From contig CAVNZM010000009.1 in NCBI GenBank assembly GCA_963693365.1, positions 7,036,171 through 7,100,170 on the forward strand: a stretch of DNA of 64,000 nucleotides. The letters are read 5' to 3'. Numbering within the stretch: position 1 is the stretch's first letter; each line of letters opens with the position of its first letter. The notes beneath the pieces were generated by a model that saw nothing but the letters and a program-made list of their open reading frames with translations, was not told the DNA's origin and did not search any database. A program made the position numbers and the translations under genes. This document shows, piece after piece, positions 11,601 to 47,363 of the stretch. The stretch is from Amoebidium appalachense. Its lineage: Eukaryota > Protista > Ichthyosporea.

Positions 11601-13349
11601 CTAGATATCCCTGGCGTCGCCCGGCATATCGAGAGATCCCATCTTGGATTCCTTTGCTGTATCCATCTCGAGAGCAAGCGCACTGCTTGTTGCCTGGCCA
11701 ATCTCCGTGAAATCCTTCTCCTGGTAACTGCGGCTCACCAACAACACAAGTGGGATGCCGATGATCGCAGTGGCCAAACCGAAGAAGTAGAAGTACTCAA
11801 GATGGCCACCATTGTTGATGTTGTCGTTCTTGCCAAAGTAGGGGGCCATGAGGTTCGTGATGCATGTTGTGAAACCGCTGGAGATGGAGCCGGAGGCAAG
11901 CACGTTGAAGGCCTGAGCGAGGGAGCGGGCACGGGGGGGCACCTGGTCGTAGCTGAAGAAGATCATGAGGGGGTTGATGAGAATCTCGGCAATGCCGACC
12001 ATGGCAAAGGGCAGGAACATGATGAAGCCGTTGATGTCGCTCATGGGAACGGGGTTCTTGACAGGGTTACCGGCGCAGTTGGAGATGTTGTTGGGGTTGG
12101 AGGGGTCGAGGATGGGTGCGTTCTTGCGTGCGTACTCCATGGAGATGGCAACCACCATGGATGCGGCGGCGGTAAGGAAACCGGCAACGAGCTTCTGGTT
12201 GCGCGTGACGGGGGACCCCTTCATGCGTGCGATGAGGGGGAAAACACCCTGTTCGAGCACGGGGGTGAATGCAATGATGGCGAAGCAGTCAGCCAAACTG
12301 AGGAAAGAGCCGTTGAGCTGGGTATCGCCGACGCGGAGATCCATCTGGCATGCCTGGATGGACATGGGTCCGGCCATCATGTTGTAGACGATCATGAAGC
12401 ACACGTTGGTGACCAGTAGGGTGGGGATGATGGCGAGGAAATCCTGGGCCTCCTGAAGGGAGAGAAGACCGGTGGGATGGTCGGGGATGCCGTCCATGAA
12501 GCTGTTGTCGGCATGGGCGTAAACGAGGCATGCGCACGAAACAAACGCAAGTGTGAGCGATGTCAGAGCCATGCCGAAACCGGGGGCGAAAGCAGAGGCA
12601 ATGACGACAACCAAGAAAGTAAGAAGGAAGCACCAGCCCGCAAGGGCAATCTTTCCGCGCACGCCCCTTCCGGCAGATGACATGATGTAGTATGCGGCAC
12701 CACGCACGGAGTCACCACCGGGGGGCTTACGGATGTAGCGGGGGGTACCAATCAGGAACACAATGAGCGCGAGGAACATGCATGCAGCGGCAATCATGTA
12801 AGCGGCGAAGAAACCATACTCCTGGGGAATGGCGGGTTCCTGGCCGGAGGTGGCAAGGGTGACGAGGTAACCATACGAGACGGCGGCGCCTGCATTGATC
12901 ATCATGTAGAAGTAGGAGAAGAACTTCTCCTGCTCCTTCACCTCCTCGGGGTCTGATGTGTCGTACTGATCACCACCGAAGGAACTGATGTTGGGCTTGA
13001 TACCTCCGGAGCCCACGGCAACGAAGGCGAACACACCAGCAAGATACATTCCTTTGCTGTCGAGGGAAGGATAGGCGGAAATCGCAGCCATAGCAACACC
13101 GATGCAGTAAATAACAACGAAGCCGACGATGGTCTTGTAGCGGCCGAACTTGGCATCGGCCATCCAGCCACCGATAAGGGGGGTGAGGTAAGACAACACA
13201 GTGAAAGCAGAGTTAATAGAGACGGCTTGTGCAGAGGGGAACCACTTGGAAAGGTGGTTACGTTGAGAACCGCTGAACGTGTAGTACGTCAGACGTTCCA
13301 TGGCCTCCACGACCAGGATAAAGATGCACACGGACCATAGTTTCCCCAT
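11601..13349 (-). CDS. POT/PTR2 family peptide transporter, paralogue of 2759-4525, intronless, 582 aa
   Basis: VVEAMERLTYY, GGWMADAKFGRYKTI, GSGGIKPNISSFGGDQY; collinear with and highly similar to the first copy over the full length. Confidence 0.93.
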   Translation of the reverse strand: MGKLWSVCIFILVVEAMERLTYYTFSGSQRNHLSKWFPSAQAVSINSAFTVLSYLTPLIGGWMADAKFGRYKTIVGFVVIYCIGVAMAAISAYPSLDSKGMYLAGVFAFVAVGSGGIKPNISSFGGDQYDTSDPEEVKEQEKFFSYFYMMINAGAAVSYGYLVTLATSGQEPAIPQEYGFFAAYMIAAACMFLALIVFLIGTPRYIRKPPGGDSVRGAAYYIMSSAGRGVRGKIALAGWCFLLTFLVVVIASAFAPGFGMALTSLTLAFVSCACLVYAHADNSFMDGIPDHPTGLLSLQEAQDFLAIIPTLLVTNVCFMIVYNMMAGPMSIQACQMDLRVGDTQLNGSFLSLADCFAIIAFTPVLEQGVFPLIARMKGSPVTRNQKLVAGFLTAAASMVVAISMEYARKNAPILDPSNPNNISNCAGNPVKNPVPMSDINGFIMFLPFAMVGIAEILINPLMIFFSYDQVPPRARSLAQAFNVLASGSISSGFTTCITNLMAPYFGKNDNINNGGHLEYFYFFGLATAIIGIPLVLLVSRSYQEKDFTEIGQATSSALALEMDTAKESKMGSLDMPGDARDI

Positions 13350-14102
13350 GGTGCCGGTTGGTGCTCGTTAAAGGCAGAAAGCCAAAGGAGGAATACAGAG
13401 GGGTGGAACACTCGGTGTTCGGAAGAAGAAAAAGAGAGAGAGACCAAAATACGGCAAGCTACGGAGCGGTCCGAACTTTTTCGAACGCCCACAGGTGACG
13501 ACTGAATGCAAGCAGGTGATGGGCTTTTTGTTTATTTGTTGCCGTTCCGAAAAAGAACCAATCACATGCGTCTAAAGGAATAGCCAATTAGCTGAAAGCA
13601 TTTGAAAGCCCATGTTCCGCAAATTGATACTTTGAGCAGTTAAGTTTGAAGACTATATTACAACATTATCTGATTTTAAATAATATAATTATACTCTTTA
13701 TAGATTGAAAATAAGTGGCATTCGTCTTTTATAGCTTGGTTCAGTATAGAGACTTTATGACATAGAGCTGCAGTTACGCAGCCAGAACTATGCGCTAAAA
13801 AGCCTACATGGTATTCAGCTAATCAAAAGAGCCGATGAAAATAAAAGTGCCCCAAAAGGCGCACATGGTTACCTATTTACCGGAGTATTTTTAGCTGTAG
13901 TGTTTTTGATTTCTAAATTTTATGGCTTTAAATATATATAATAACAATTATTTTGGTAAAAATCTTGTTTATAGGAACCAAATAAGGTGCATCAACGAGG
14001 GTTAATGCACCTTATACGGCAAAGCTGATTGGCTGATGGCTTTTTCCCCAACACTCTGAACATTCAGCATGTCTTTAGCGAATCTTTTACGATTTTTGCA
14101 GA

Positions 14103-14146
<44 letters not shown>

Positions 14147-16346
14147 AGACTCGGCTAAGTCGGCTTACCGGGAAATGTGCCGTTTGTAAACCTTTGATTC
14201 AAGCTAAAGGCAACTCATTTACAGAAATACGACTGCACCTTGTAGTATAAAAACCAAAAAGTTAAAGCTGTGAAAAATTGAAAATTAAAGTCAAAAGAAA
14301 AAAGAAATTCCCGGTTATAATCGTTTCTCAGATCTGACACACCCCATCACAAGAAGTTTTGGAGGATTCTTTGCCTCCCAAACCACCAATCCGAAGGTTG
14401 AATGGTAAATCTCCGGGCTCGTGAACCAGGGATTTGCCCCGCCGGTTTAGTGATGATCAACAAGCAGACTAGATGTTACAGAAACCAACGAGCTTAAATG
14501 AAAAAGCTCAAGATTTCAGTACTCCTGATCAAGTTGTTTAGCAAAAACACCTTCTTGAACAAAAGATAGACATTCGAATTCGACTCGGATGGCGAGCAAG
14601 ACGGAACTTTCGAAAAAGTTAGCCAAAATCAGCTCAGGGGGGATTATCAGTGCATTCCGCCTATTACTTTGACCATATAAGGCAAAAAGCAATTTATTCA
14701 TCGGAGACAATAAAGAAGTTTGATTGGTCCGCTCAAAAAAAGTTGACCAACAAACAAACATAGCGGTTTGGCTTTTGTTTCACTGTTTCCCTCTACATTC
14801 TAGGACACTTGGGTATCTTTCTAACCTTCTTTTTGTTAGTAGCTGTCCTTTTTCCATGCATTGTGTTGTGTGTGGAATTGAAAGGGCTCCAGGTTCGGTA
14901 GTCTGCCTGGTTTGCAGGCAGACCTGGTGACGACGCCACAATCTTGTAGGAGAGTCCAGTTGCAAGGGCCAGATGCTATGACAGAGCTTCGTTGGTACCA
15001 CCAAAAGTCTGTTTGCTGAACGTGTGAAGCACGGCTATTTGCTGTAAGTTCACTTATATCCGGGGGGGATGGGGTGGGGATGGGGGGAGGAGGGAGGAGA
15101 GGGAGGGGAGAGGGGGTTGGTTCAAAGTTACGAGCAGTCCATGCTAAACCTTGTGTACTCAGTTGAGCCTCAGTGCGTGTGCTAATATCTATTATTGTAG
15201 GTGCTGCGAATGGAAGGGATGAGCCTTCTCTGTGCAGCTACTAACGTAAGAAACGTTACATACCTCCGTTGAAAACTCGGAGCTGCAGAATTAGCTGCAT
15301 TTTGATGTGCCACAGTGTCCTTTGGGTGCCATTCGTTCTATCGCTGCTCTCGGTCACTACACCGCTCTCCCCAGTGGCCCCCCGTCCCCCACTTGCTCTG
15401 TTGTTGGCAGTTTCGTTTCACTTCAAGATAGAATGACGCATCCTTATGTCCCCTTTGCCTTACTTATACGAGCCCGGTGCTGTGGATAATAAATCTTATC
15501 TTCACATCACTGTCGTTCAATAACCCTCAAACCCCCCCACCTGCTCACCACCAGCACCATGACAACACAGGGTGTTACTCCCACCTACGCCCACACACTC
15601 ACACATGTGGACTAATAACGGGATTCTTTAAGAAAGCAGGTGATGAGAGTTGGGTGGCCATTGTATACAAAGATAAACTACGGTACGGGGGAGTTTAAGG
15701 ATGGAAGGAGGAGGGGGGGGGGGGGGGGGGAGGGGGGAGGCCTACTAGTAGAACTTCACAAGGCGGGGATGGGCCCCGGGGGTTGGCCCGGGTGGGGGAA
15801 GGGTGGGGGGGAGGGGGGAGGGGGGGAGGGGGGAGGAGGAGGGGGCAAAAGGATGGATGTGCACACGGATGGAGATAGAGGTTGGGGTCACAGTTGACGA
15901 TTGCAAGTAGAGGCAAAACTTAATGTCAGTGCGCTAGACATATATATGACGGAATGGAAGCAGCATGGTTGTAGCTACTATAATGGTGGGTGGGTGTGGG
16001 TGTTGTGTGTGTGTGTGGGGGGGGGGGGGGGGGGGGGGGAGGAAGTGTGTCCGACCCTAACCCAGGAAGTGTGTGTGTGTGTGCACGTACGGTTGTCCGG
16101 GTGTGTAGGGAAAGGGGGGAAAGAATAGAGAGGAGCCGGGATGGGGGGCAGGGGGGGGTGGAGGCAGGAGGGAGGCCTGCTAGGGGCGGGTGGGGGCGTC
16201 GTCGAGCTTTATATAAGGGTGCCGGTGTGGGGTTGGGGGCTGCTGTGTGCCTGCTAGCATGTGTTCGCCGGTGTGTTTGTTTAGTCCTCAGAGGCCCGGG
16301 GAGGGAGAGAGGGGGAAACTTTGGGGGGTGGTGGCGGCGGGCGGGG

Positions 16347-16419
<73 letters not shown>

Positions 16420-16900
16420 ATATCTAGGGGTGGTCGTTCAGATTGTGGTGCATGTTTTAAAATTACTGTTGACGTTAGTTTGGTAGCAATAGCAGTGGTG
16501 GTGGCGAGACGGAGTTGTAGGAAAAGAAGAGGGTTGGGGTTTGGTGTCAAGGCTGATGTGTGTGTGTGTGTGTGTGTATGTGCGTGTGTGTGTGTGTGCA
16601 CATGTGGGGGGGGGGGGGGGGGGGGGGGGGGGCCACTGGTGTTTCAGTCTGGCCAAACTTCATCATGCAATATGCAAATAACCGCAACCTGCAATTGTGA
16701 CGGTGGGCTCTCCGTGTGCACGCATGCATAATATGTGCCTGTACACGTGTGTTGTGCGCGTGTCGACCGCCTTGAGATGAGGTGGGGTGGCGGGGATTGT
16801 CGTCCTCTGTGTGTGTGTGTGTGTGCCTGAGTGTTTATGGTGTAGGCGCACACACTTGCAAATTGTGCTCGTACAGACTGGTGAGAACAACAACAACCAG

Positions 16901-16976
<76 letters not shown>

Positions 16977-17710
16977 CACACACACACACACACACACTTC
17001 TCCCTCCGGGAGCCTTCCTCCTACTCCCTTGATTTTTTCGAAGTAACCCGGTGACGGAGACGGTTTGGTGTTGCTCGCTAATATCAGACAGCCTTTGTTG
17101 AAGTAATCAACGGTACAAATATTAACGGTACCAACATTTATCTTCACTCAATTTTTATTTCAATTTCTGACGCAATCAACACCATGAATTTACATCCATT
17201 CCGTCCCGGAGAGAATTTTCAAGTCTACCACCAAAACCTAAGAGGGGAAGGTGGCAGCAAGTTACCAAAAATAGCAACCAATCATGCTACTCCATACAGT
17301 TTCTCGACCTCAACGCACCAATCATTATCGATTTCTCAACACAGCAAATTTAAAGCTTTCTAGCCAATCGAACCTCGTTATTTAATTACTGTAAAATGAA
17401 ATAAAACACTATGCTTCTGAATGAACACGGGAGAGCAGTTCAAGAACTCAAAAAAACTCAAAATTGGAAAGCTTAAACGCCAGGGCAAAAAACGAAAGAA
17501 AGAAAGAAAGAAAGAAAGCGGCAATCCAAAAAAAGCCAGAGCCAAATCAAATTAAAAAAAAAAAAAAAAAAATATTGGAAAACCAGACTCGAGATTACAC
17601 GATATAACCCCACGATCAGAGATTTCGTTCCCTTGGTAAGATCCGATTTCAGCGGCAGATTTTGGCCCCATTCCAATGATCGTGGTTGGGCGGTGGGCGG
17701 CGGGAGGGGT

Positions 17711-40603
<22,893 letters not shown>

Positions 40604-40610
40604 GGTTGAT

Positions 40611-41071
40611 CTGTGAACACCACAATGAATATTATTTGCACCAGTGGAAAGGAGGGGGAAGAGATGAGAGTGCGGGTGGTGGTAGGGGGGGGGGGGGGGG
40701 GGGGGGGGGGAGGGGAGAGGGGGGGGAGGGGGGGACGGGTGAAGGAGGGAGGGGGGGCAAAAGGACGGAGGTGTGAAGGTGGGGAACGTGAAGGGGATCA
40801 CAACAGAGCAAGGGGAAGAAACGGACGCTGGTGACGCACAAAGAACACTGCATGACAAAATACAAACACAAGCACACACGCAAGCACGCACACACCCCGC
40901 GCAAAGATGTACACACACAAACACAGAGCACACACATCTTGATGTGCAGGCAGCCACACACACACACACATATACGTGCGAACGTCCAAACATGAGGCAT
41001 GCACACGCACACACACACATACACACAACTACGCACAGACACACACAGAGAGAAAGAGAGAGGCACACACG

Positions 41072-41103
<32 letters not shown>

Positions 41104-41298
41104 CACGCACACACACACACACACACATCAAACATTCTCCCATGCCCCATTCCCGCTGCCCTCGCATATCGATACACCTCCTCCCTCCCTCCCTGCCCTC
41201 CCTCCCTCCCTCCCTCCCTCTCCCCCCCTTCCTCCCTCCCTCCCTCCCTCCCTCCATTTGTCTCCTCCGCCTCCCACAAAACACACACATGCACTTAC
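40611..41298 (-). other. Probable 5'-UTR intron of NAA15
   Basis: GTAAGT donor at 41298 and ...gttcacag acceptor 7 nt upstream of the ATG on the minus strand. Confidence 0.5.
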
Positions 41299-42747
41299 AA
41301 TCGAGCTTGCCGCTACGCCTTCAGTCTACACACTACTCTTATATCGCCTTTACTACAGTAGTCTTCGGGTGTTAGATATGTAAACCCGAGGCGGTGTGTC
41401 AGAAAGCTAAAATGTTTCTTCTCCACACGTGCGTTTCGAAATGCGTTTCTTCCGTCTCCGGCCGTGACTCCTTTTTCAAAGCTGTCGCGTGCGCGCGTTT
41501 TCATATTCGAACATTTTCTTTGTGCGTTTTGATTGGATCGTGACCCACGTGGTTTTAGGTATGTAAGCTCACGTACACGGAAAAAAAAAAAAAAAAAAAA
41601 AAAAAAATAGCTGGCACGTTAGTAATATAAACAGAAACACAAACCGCTACCTTTAGTAGTATTCTTTGGTCGTCTTAGTTGACAATTGTATTTAGCAATA
41701 GCCATGGTGCCTATTTTAAGTGCATATATACGGGTGACCTTTTGGTCATTCGTAATCACCGCGCCCAGTTTACAGTTCACGCATGCGGCAGCATCATGAT
41801 GGCTCTTGTAGCTGTGGGCATCATCATTTTTTAGAGTTGTGTATTAATCGTGGGGAAAGTAGGGCTGAACGAAGACCATGCACTATAAAGGGGCCTTTTC
41901 AACCTGAAAGTTGCACGCATGGGGAAAATGGGCTGCTTGATAAATGACTCTAGACCATTGAGACCAAGAGCCTCTGTAGATCCAGATCTATCAGATGTTT
42001 GACCAAAGTTGAGAAGTCACTAGTTTGACCAAAGTTGAGAAGTCACAGGGGATCTCATGCGTTTAGGCCTGAGTAAACTTTGAGGCCCAAGTTTGCCGAA
42101 TACGTGCCAGATGTACAGCAAGGACAGGACGTACACAGAAGCGCGCGCACACACACACACACACAGGAACACACAAGCACACACACACACACATACACAC
42201 ACACACGCACAGACACACACACACACAAACTACTCTATCATGCACTAAGCACACTTTTCCATCAGTCAAGTACAAGGAAAGAAAGATTCTCCCTTGATTC
42301 TTGTCACGGTAGGACTACAGAGACACACCGGTCGGCTACGTATACACATACAGATCAGGGCTGAGGAGACCCATCAATAACCTCGCCAGAGGCTAACTTT
42401 CGTTATAAGTTTGTCTCAGCAAATATTACTACGTGTGTTTTCTAAAACGAACCTTGACAAATCCAGGGAACCCCTTCTCACAGCTGGGCTTTCTTTCCCT
42501 GCATTCACCAAGGTCTATCTGCACAAAAAAAGTACGCCATTCTGTGAATAAAACGTTTTAGAATTTACTGGCATTTTATACTTCGGCAGAGTGGCCAGCA
42601 TCGCCAAATCTGACCTGCTGCGCTTTCCAGGTCGCGGCCAACATTCCCACACTCAAAAACTGCTAAGCGGGCCAAGAAAAAAAAATGAAAACGAAAAACG
42701 CACCTTTACTGGAAGTTGCCCCTCCGGATAGGCTAATCTTTCGATGT

Positions 42748-42807
42748 CCTTACGTAAGGCAACAAGTGGGCTTCTTGTTGGATTCCTCTTGATGCCCTTA
42801 CGTAAGG
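42748..42807. promoter_or_regulatory. Two copies of the perfect 12-bp palindrome CCTTACGTAAGG (bZIP-type TTACGTAA core)
   Basis: 42748-42759 and 42796-42807, about 125-180 bp upstream of ATG 42931. Confidence 0.5.
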
Positions 42808-42930
42808 CAGGCGGGGTGATTCAAACACAAAACACGCAGACACACCACGAACACTCCCTACAGACACGAGTTTCCTTTTGACAAGCGCGCGCTGCCACAT
42901 AGGGCGCACGCCTTTACCACACTCGCCACC

Positions 42931-44289
42931 ATGTCTTTTTTCGGCCTACTTCGTATGCCCTCTCTTTTCCTACGCCCTCCCATCCACATACGTTTCAAGT
43001 CCAAAATAGCCAGGACAGAAAGACGAATTCTCGAGGATGTTACTTTCAAGAAAGCCCTTGCTCTAGGACGTGGCAGACTAAACCCAAATAACATTGGAGA
43101 TTTTGAAGCAGAAGGCATCAAGAAATCTTATTTCAAACACATCAAGAAATTGGACACTCATACTCTCGCTGATGGCGCATATGGCGTGTCCCTCTTGGCT
43201 AGAAGGTTCGACAGAGCTACAGTAATCCAAGTTTTCAACAAGACCAAGAAAACGGCTCTGAACTCGATCGGGTACATAAAACCCGAAGATTTCCACACAA
43301 TGCTGAAGGCATTTACGCGTGCAGAAATTCCCCACCTGAAGTATGTTTTCAAGGTGCTTTACGCTCGCCACCGTGAAAAGGTTCGTGGGGAGGAGGACGA
43401 AGAGGTGTTTGCAATCGGCATAGAACATCTCATGCAACAGCTACCGCAAGTAGACGTAGAATACTCTGTGAAAACGCTGTTTGAGTTCACCTTATACAAG
43501 CGCACACCTGTCGAACTCTTTTCGCTCGCAATCCAGAGAATTGAGGAATGTGTTCCGGATCTATCGACCGAGCTGAGGTTGGAATACGTCGATAGGCTAC
43601 ATCGATATGAGTACAAGAATCCACATGTTTATGCTGCCCTACTCGTTGTGCCAAGGAGCAAACAAGAGTTATCGGGAAACGAACTGTCCAGACTTGCCGG
43701 TATAACCAGGAAACTTCTTCCCCCCGACTATTGGCTGTCCGTCGGCGATGCGGAGCAGGCAGGTGTGAGCCCATTGGGTGCTGCCATAATCCAAAGGGTC
43801 ATTGACAAGGAACCCCAGCTAACACAGAGCGAAATGATGGCGCTTATCAAGCATCTTTCCCATATAGGGTTGAACCTTTCTCCCTTGCGGGAGACTTTGT
43901 CTTGCCGACTAAGGCAAATGGGAATCGCCCCTGAATGGACACCCAACGATTTAGCAGCACTTGTTCATGTCGTTGCGAAACATGAAATGGCCGATGGAGA
44001 ATTGGGAAAGTGCCTTTTGGACGGAGTGGTTGCCAAGGTCCATCAATTGACAGCGGGTCCGGTTGTTTGGGTGCTTTCCGCGATCCCGAAAATGCGCAAC
44101 ACGGAAGCGGCGACGGTGGAGATTTTCTGTAAACGCGCACGTGAATTGGTTCCCGAACTCCATAAGTACCAAGTGCGCACGTTGTTGGATAATGTGTCGC
44201 AGGAGTGGCCCGGAGGGAGCGAGCTGAGGACGATGCTGGCTGCCCGTTTGAAGAAGTTGGAGAAACCGAAGTTGGAAAAGGAAGAATGA
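42931..44289 (+). CDS. Intronless 452-aa alpha-helical repeat protein, probably mitochondrial RNA-binding (FASTK/OPR/HPR-like)
   Basis: Long complex ORF. The N-terminus is Arg/Ser/Phe-rich and lacks acidic residues, like a transit peptide. Recurring ~35-40 aa helical units (IKPEDFHTMLKAFTR, LTQSEMMALIKHLSHIG, WTPNDLAALVHVVAK, LTAGPVVWVLSAIPK). Family assignment is inference. Confidence 0.7.
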   Translation: MSFFGLLRMPSLFLRPPIHIRFKSKIARTERRILEDVTFKKALALGRGRLNPNNIGDFEAEGIKKSYFKHIKKLDTHTLADGAYGVSLLARRFDRATVIQVFNKTKKTALNSIGYIKPEDFHTMLKAFTRAEIPHLKYVFKVLYARHREKVRGEEDEEVFAIGIEHLMQQLPQVDVEYSVKTLFEFTLYKRTPVELFSLAIQRIEECVPDLSTELRLEYVDRLHRYEYKNPHVYAALLVVPRSKQELSGNELSRLAGITRKLLPPDYWLSVGDAEQAGVSPLGAAIIQRVIDKEPQLTQSEMMALIKHLSHIGLNLSPLRETLSCRLRQMGIAPEWTPNDLAALVHVVAKHEMADGELGKCLLDGVVAKVHQLTAGPVVWVLSAIPKMRNTEAATVEIFCKRARELVPELHKYQVRTLLDNVSQEWPGGSELRTMLAARLKKLEKPKLEKEE

Positions 44290-44297
44290 AATGACGA

Positions 44298-44328
<31 letters not shown>

Positions 44329-45175
44329 GTTACCTCTGGAAGGCAGGGAGGGGATGGCGTATGTGCGTGTGTGTTTGGGGGGGGGGGGGGGGGGGGGGGG
44401 GGGAGTTGGTTACTACGGTGCAGGACCTGATGGAAGGGGGTGCACAGTGAGATACTCGTCGATATGAAAGCAACCAAATATTAACGCACGGGGCATAGGT
44501 GAATATGAAGGGATAGCTCGGGTGAGCTGTGTGTGTGGGGGGGGGGGGGGGGAGGACCCGTTTGTATTCTTTTTTTGGTTTGTTTGTTTGGAGAAGGGGG
44601 GGGGGGGGGGGGGGGGGGGGGGGAGAAGGGGCCAGGAACAACGTAGATTTAGAGGCTCTTTTACCATTTCTCTCATTCCTATTCGAGTTCTGGTCGTTTT
44701 TTTTTTTTTTTTTTTTTTTTTTCCAGGGGCAATTAATCAAAACCTAATGTGTGTGGGTGTTGTATAGTTATGCTCGTAGCTGCTCGCTTACTGTACAAAA
44801 TAGCAAGAAACGAAAAGCAGCCGTAAGTGACAAGTGTATGACATGTGCGTACACATGAGCATGTATATTTTCCGTGGTTTCCATCTCATATTTCTTCCCA
44901 TATTGCATTCGTATTTCCGTTTTCTTTTCGCAATATTGTCTCTTCTATGAATTTTATATGAACTTAACTTTTGTCGGAGACTTGGTAAAATCTATGGGTC
45001 AGTGTAGTTTAGCACTAAGTTAGCAGTTTGGACGGCAGATTTGGATGCGAATGTGCATGGCTATCGGACGATTCTCCTTTTTTTTTATATTTTTTTATTG
45101 TTTTTTTTTTTTTTTTTTGGCTCGTTTTTGCGTGTGCGCGTGTTTTAGAGGGCTTTTCTTTGTGTTGGTGGTGGT

Positions 45176-45213
<38 letters not shown>

Positions 45214-45544
45214 GGGGGGATTCTATATCTATATGAGATTTTTTGGTGCTTGGTTAGCTCAAGGTTTTTTCAATGAATGAGTCACAGATTCACCAAATCT
45301 CTTTTCCAATTGTGTATTCACCATGGATCCAACCAACACCACCTTATATTCCCCCCTCCCCCCCTCCCCCCCCCCGCCTCTCCGTCTACCGTCCCTCCGG
45401 CCATCCGAAAAGTGCCCAAACGTCTTGTTTGTCATATGGAGCTACGAAAACCAGTCCAAGCTCACATTTTCTTGCGTAATGCATGTAAATTTCGTAAAAT
45501 TTCCCTTGATTTGACCCCCTTCAATGGGGCTACCATTTAATGCA

Positions 45545-45583
<39 letters not shown>

Positions 45584-46391
45584 TACATCTGCCTGGGCCC
45601 CACTCCCCCCCTTCCCTCCCCCCTCTTCCTTGCCACCCCCGTTCTCTCCCACCCCCTCCCCCCTCCCCCACCCTCCTTTCACACACACACAGACACACAT
45701 CCAAACATCTGCAGGAGATGTTTGTGAGGCATTGAGAGCATCGCGGCGGGCCGAGAAGCCCCCCCCAGCCCCCCAGCTCCCCCCTCCCCCCACACACACA
45801 CGCACACACACACACACCATCCCCCTCCTCCCCTCTCCCCCCCCCCCCCCCCCCCCCTCCTCTTCCCTTCCCTCCTCCCCCTCCCCCCCAAACTCTTTTC
45901 CACATCCCCAGTCGAAAAATAGTCAAACCGGGGGCGGGCACAACAGGGCAAGGCATTAATTTTCTTAAATTAAATTTTAATTTAATTACTTTAATTTTCA
46001 ATTTTGACTCAGTACTAGGTCACAACTTTTCCATAAGCATTCTTTCTCAACTAAACCATACTCGGGAAACGGTAGCCTTAGCACTGCTGCGGCATTGCAG
46101 AAGAATACCACGTTGTGAATAAGCGGAGGGGTTTTATGAAATTTTACTTAAGGATTTCAAAAAGGTTTTTTTTTAAAAAATAAAAATAAAAATAAAAAAT
46201 AAAAAATAACCTCAATGGAGGCAAAAAATGAATCTTTAGGTGGCTGGGACGGCTGCAGTGGGGGGGAGGGTCTCTGTGTGTGCCACGGTGTGGGGGGGGG
46301 GGGGGGGGGGGGGGGGGTGTTTGTGTGTGTGTGTGTGTGTGCGTGTGCGTGTGCGTGCGTGCGTGTGTGTGTGTGTGTCTGTGCGTATGTG

Positions 46392-46428
<37 letters not shown>

Positions 46429-47040
46429 ACACGGTCTGTGTGTGCGTGCACGTGTGTATGACACAGTGTGTGTGTGTGTGCGTGTGTGTGTGGGTGTATG
46501 TGTGTGTGCCGTGCGTGTGTGTTGCCCTTCCCCCCTTTCACCCCTCACAATACACTTCGACCCGAATGCGCACCCTCACCAAAAGAAAAAGCCAAGTCAA
46601 ACCCCGGTGGGAGTTTAAGGGGAGAAGACTAAGCAAAAATATTCCCCCCTCCCCTCCCCCCCAGGCCCTCCCCTCCCCCCTTCCTCCCCTCCCCCACCCA
46701 CAACCCGCCCGCCCCTCCCTCCCCCTACCCCTTTCCCGCGGGGGAACATCCGTACAGCTGTAGTGTTTGGTAGTAACCTCCTCCCCCCCTCCCCCCCCAC
46801 CCCTTCCCGACACACACACACACACACACACACACTCAAACACATACAAACACACACACAAACACACACACACACACACAAAGGGTTTTGGGAGATCAAA
46901 ATGACTGGTTTTCAAATTTTGGGATATTCACGGTGCAAAATTCGAATTTCCAGAAAATAGCGAAATTTATCAAATTTTATCCTTAGGCTCCGCACATTGG
47001 AAAACACAGGAAAGTGTGGGCAGGGAGGGAGGGGGGAGAA

Positions 47041-47080
<40 letters not shown>

Positions 47081-47328
47081 TTTCAGATGATTTTAGGTGT
47101 GCCTGCAGTAAGCGGTTTTAAGGTGGTTTTTTCGAAGGGGAAGGGAGGAGGGAGGAGGGGGGGGGGGGGGAGGGGGGAGGGGGGGGGGGGGGGGAAGAAG
47201 GGGGTGTGGGGATGGACAGGGAGTTGAGCATGAATGAGGTTTGTTAAAGCACTTACTACGGACAATCACGGTCCCGAGGGGGGGGAGGGGGGAGGGGGGA
47301 AGGGGAAGGGGGGTATGAGAAGAAGGAA

Positions 47329-47363
<35 letters not shown>

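Noticed and set aside
14450-14528. Possible C/D snoRNA (GTGATGA...CTGA)
   Set aside because: No convincing terminal stem and only ~8 nt of rRNA-like complementarity, which is part of a local hairpin.
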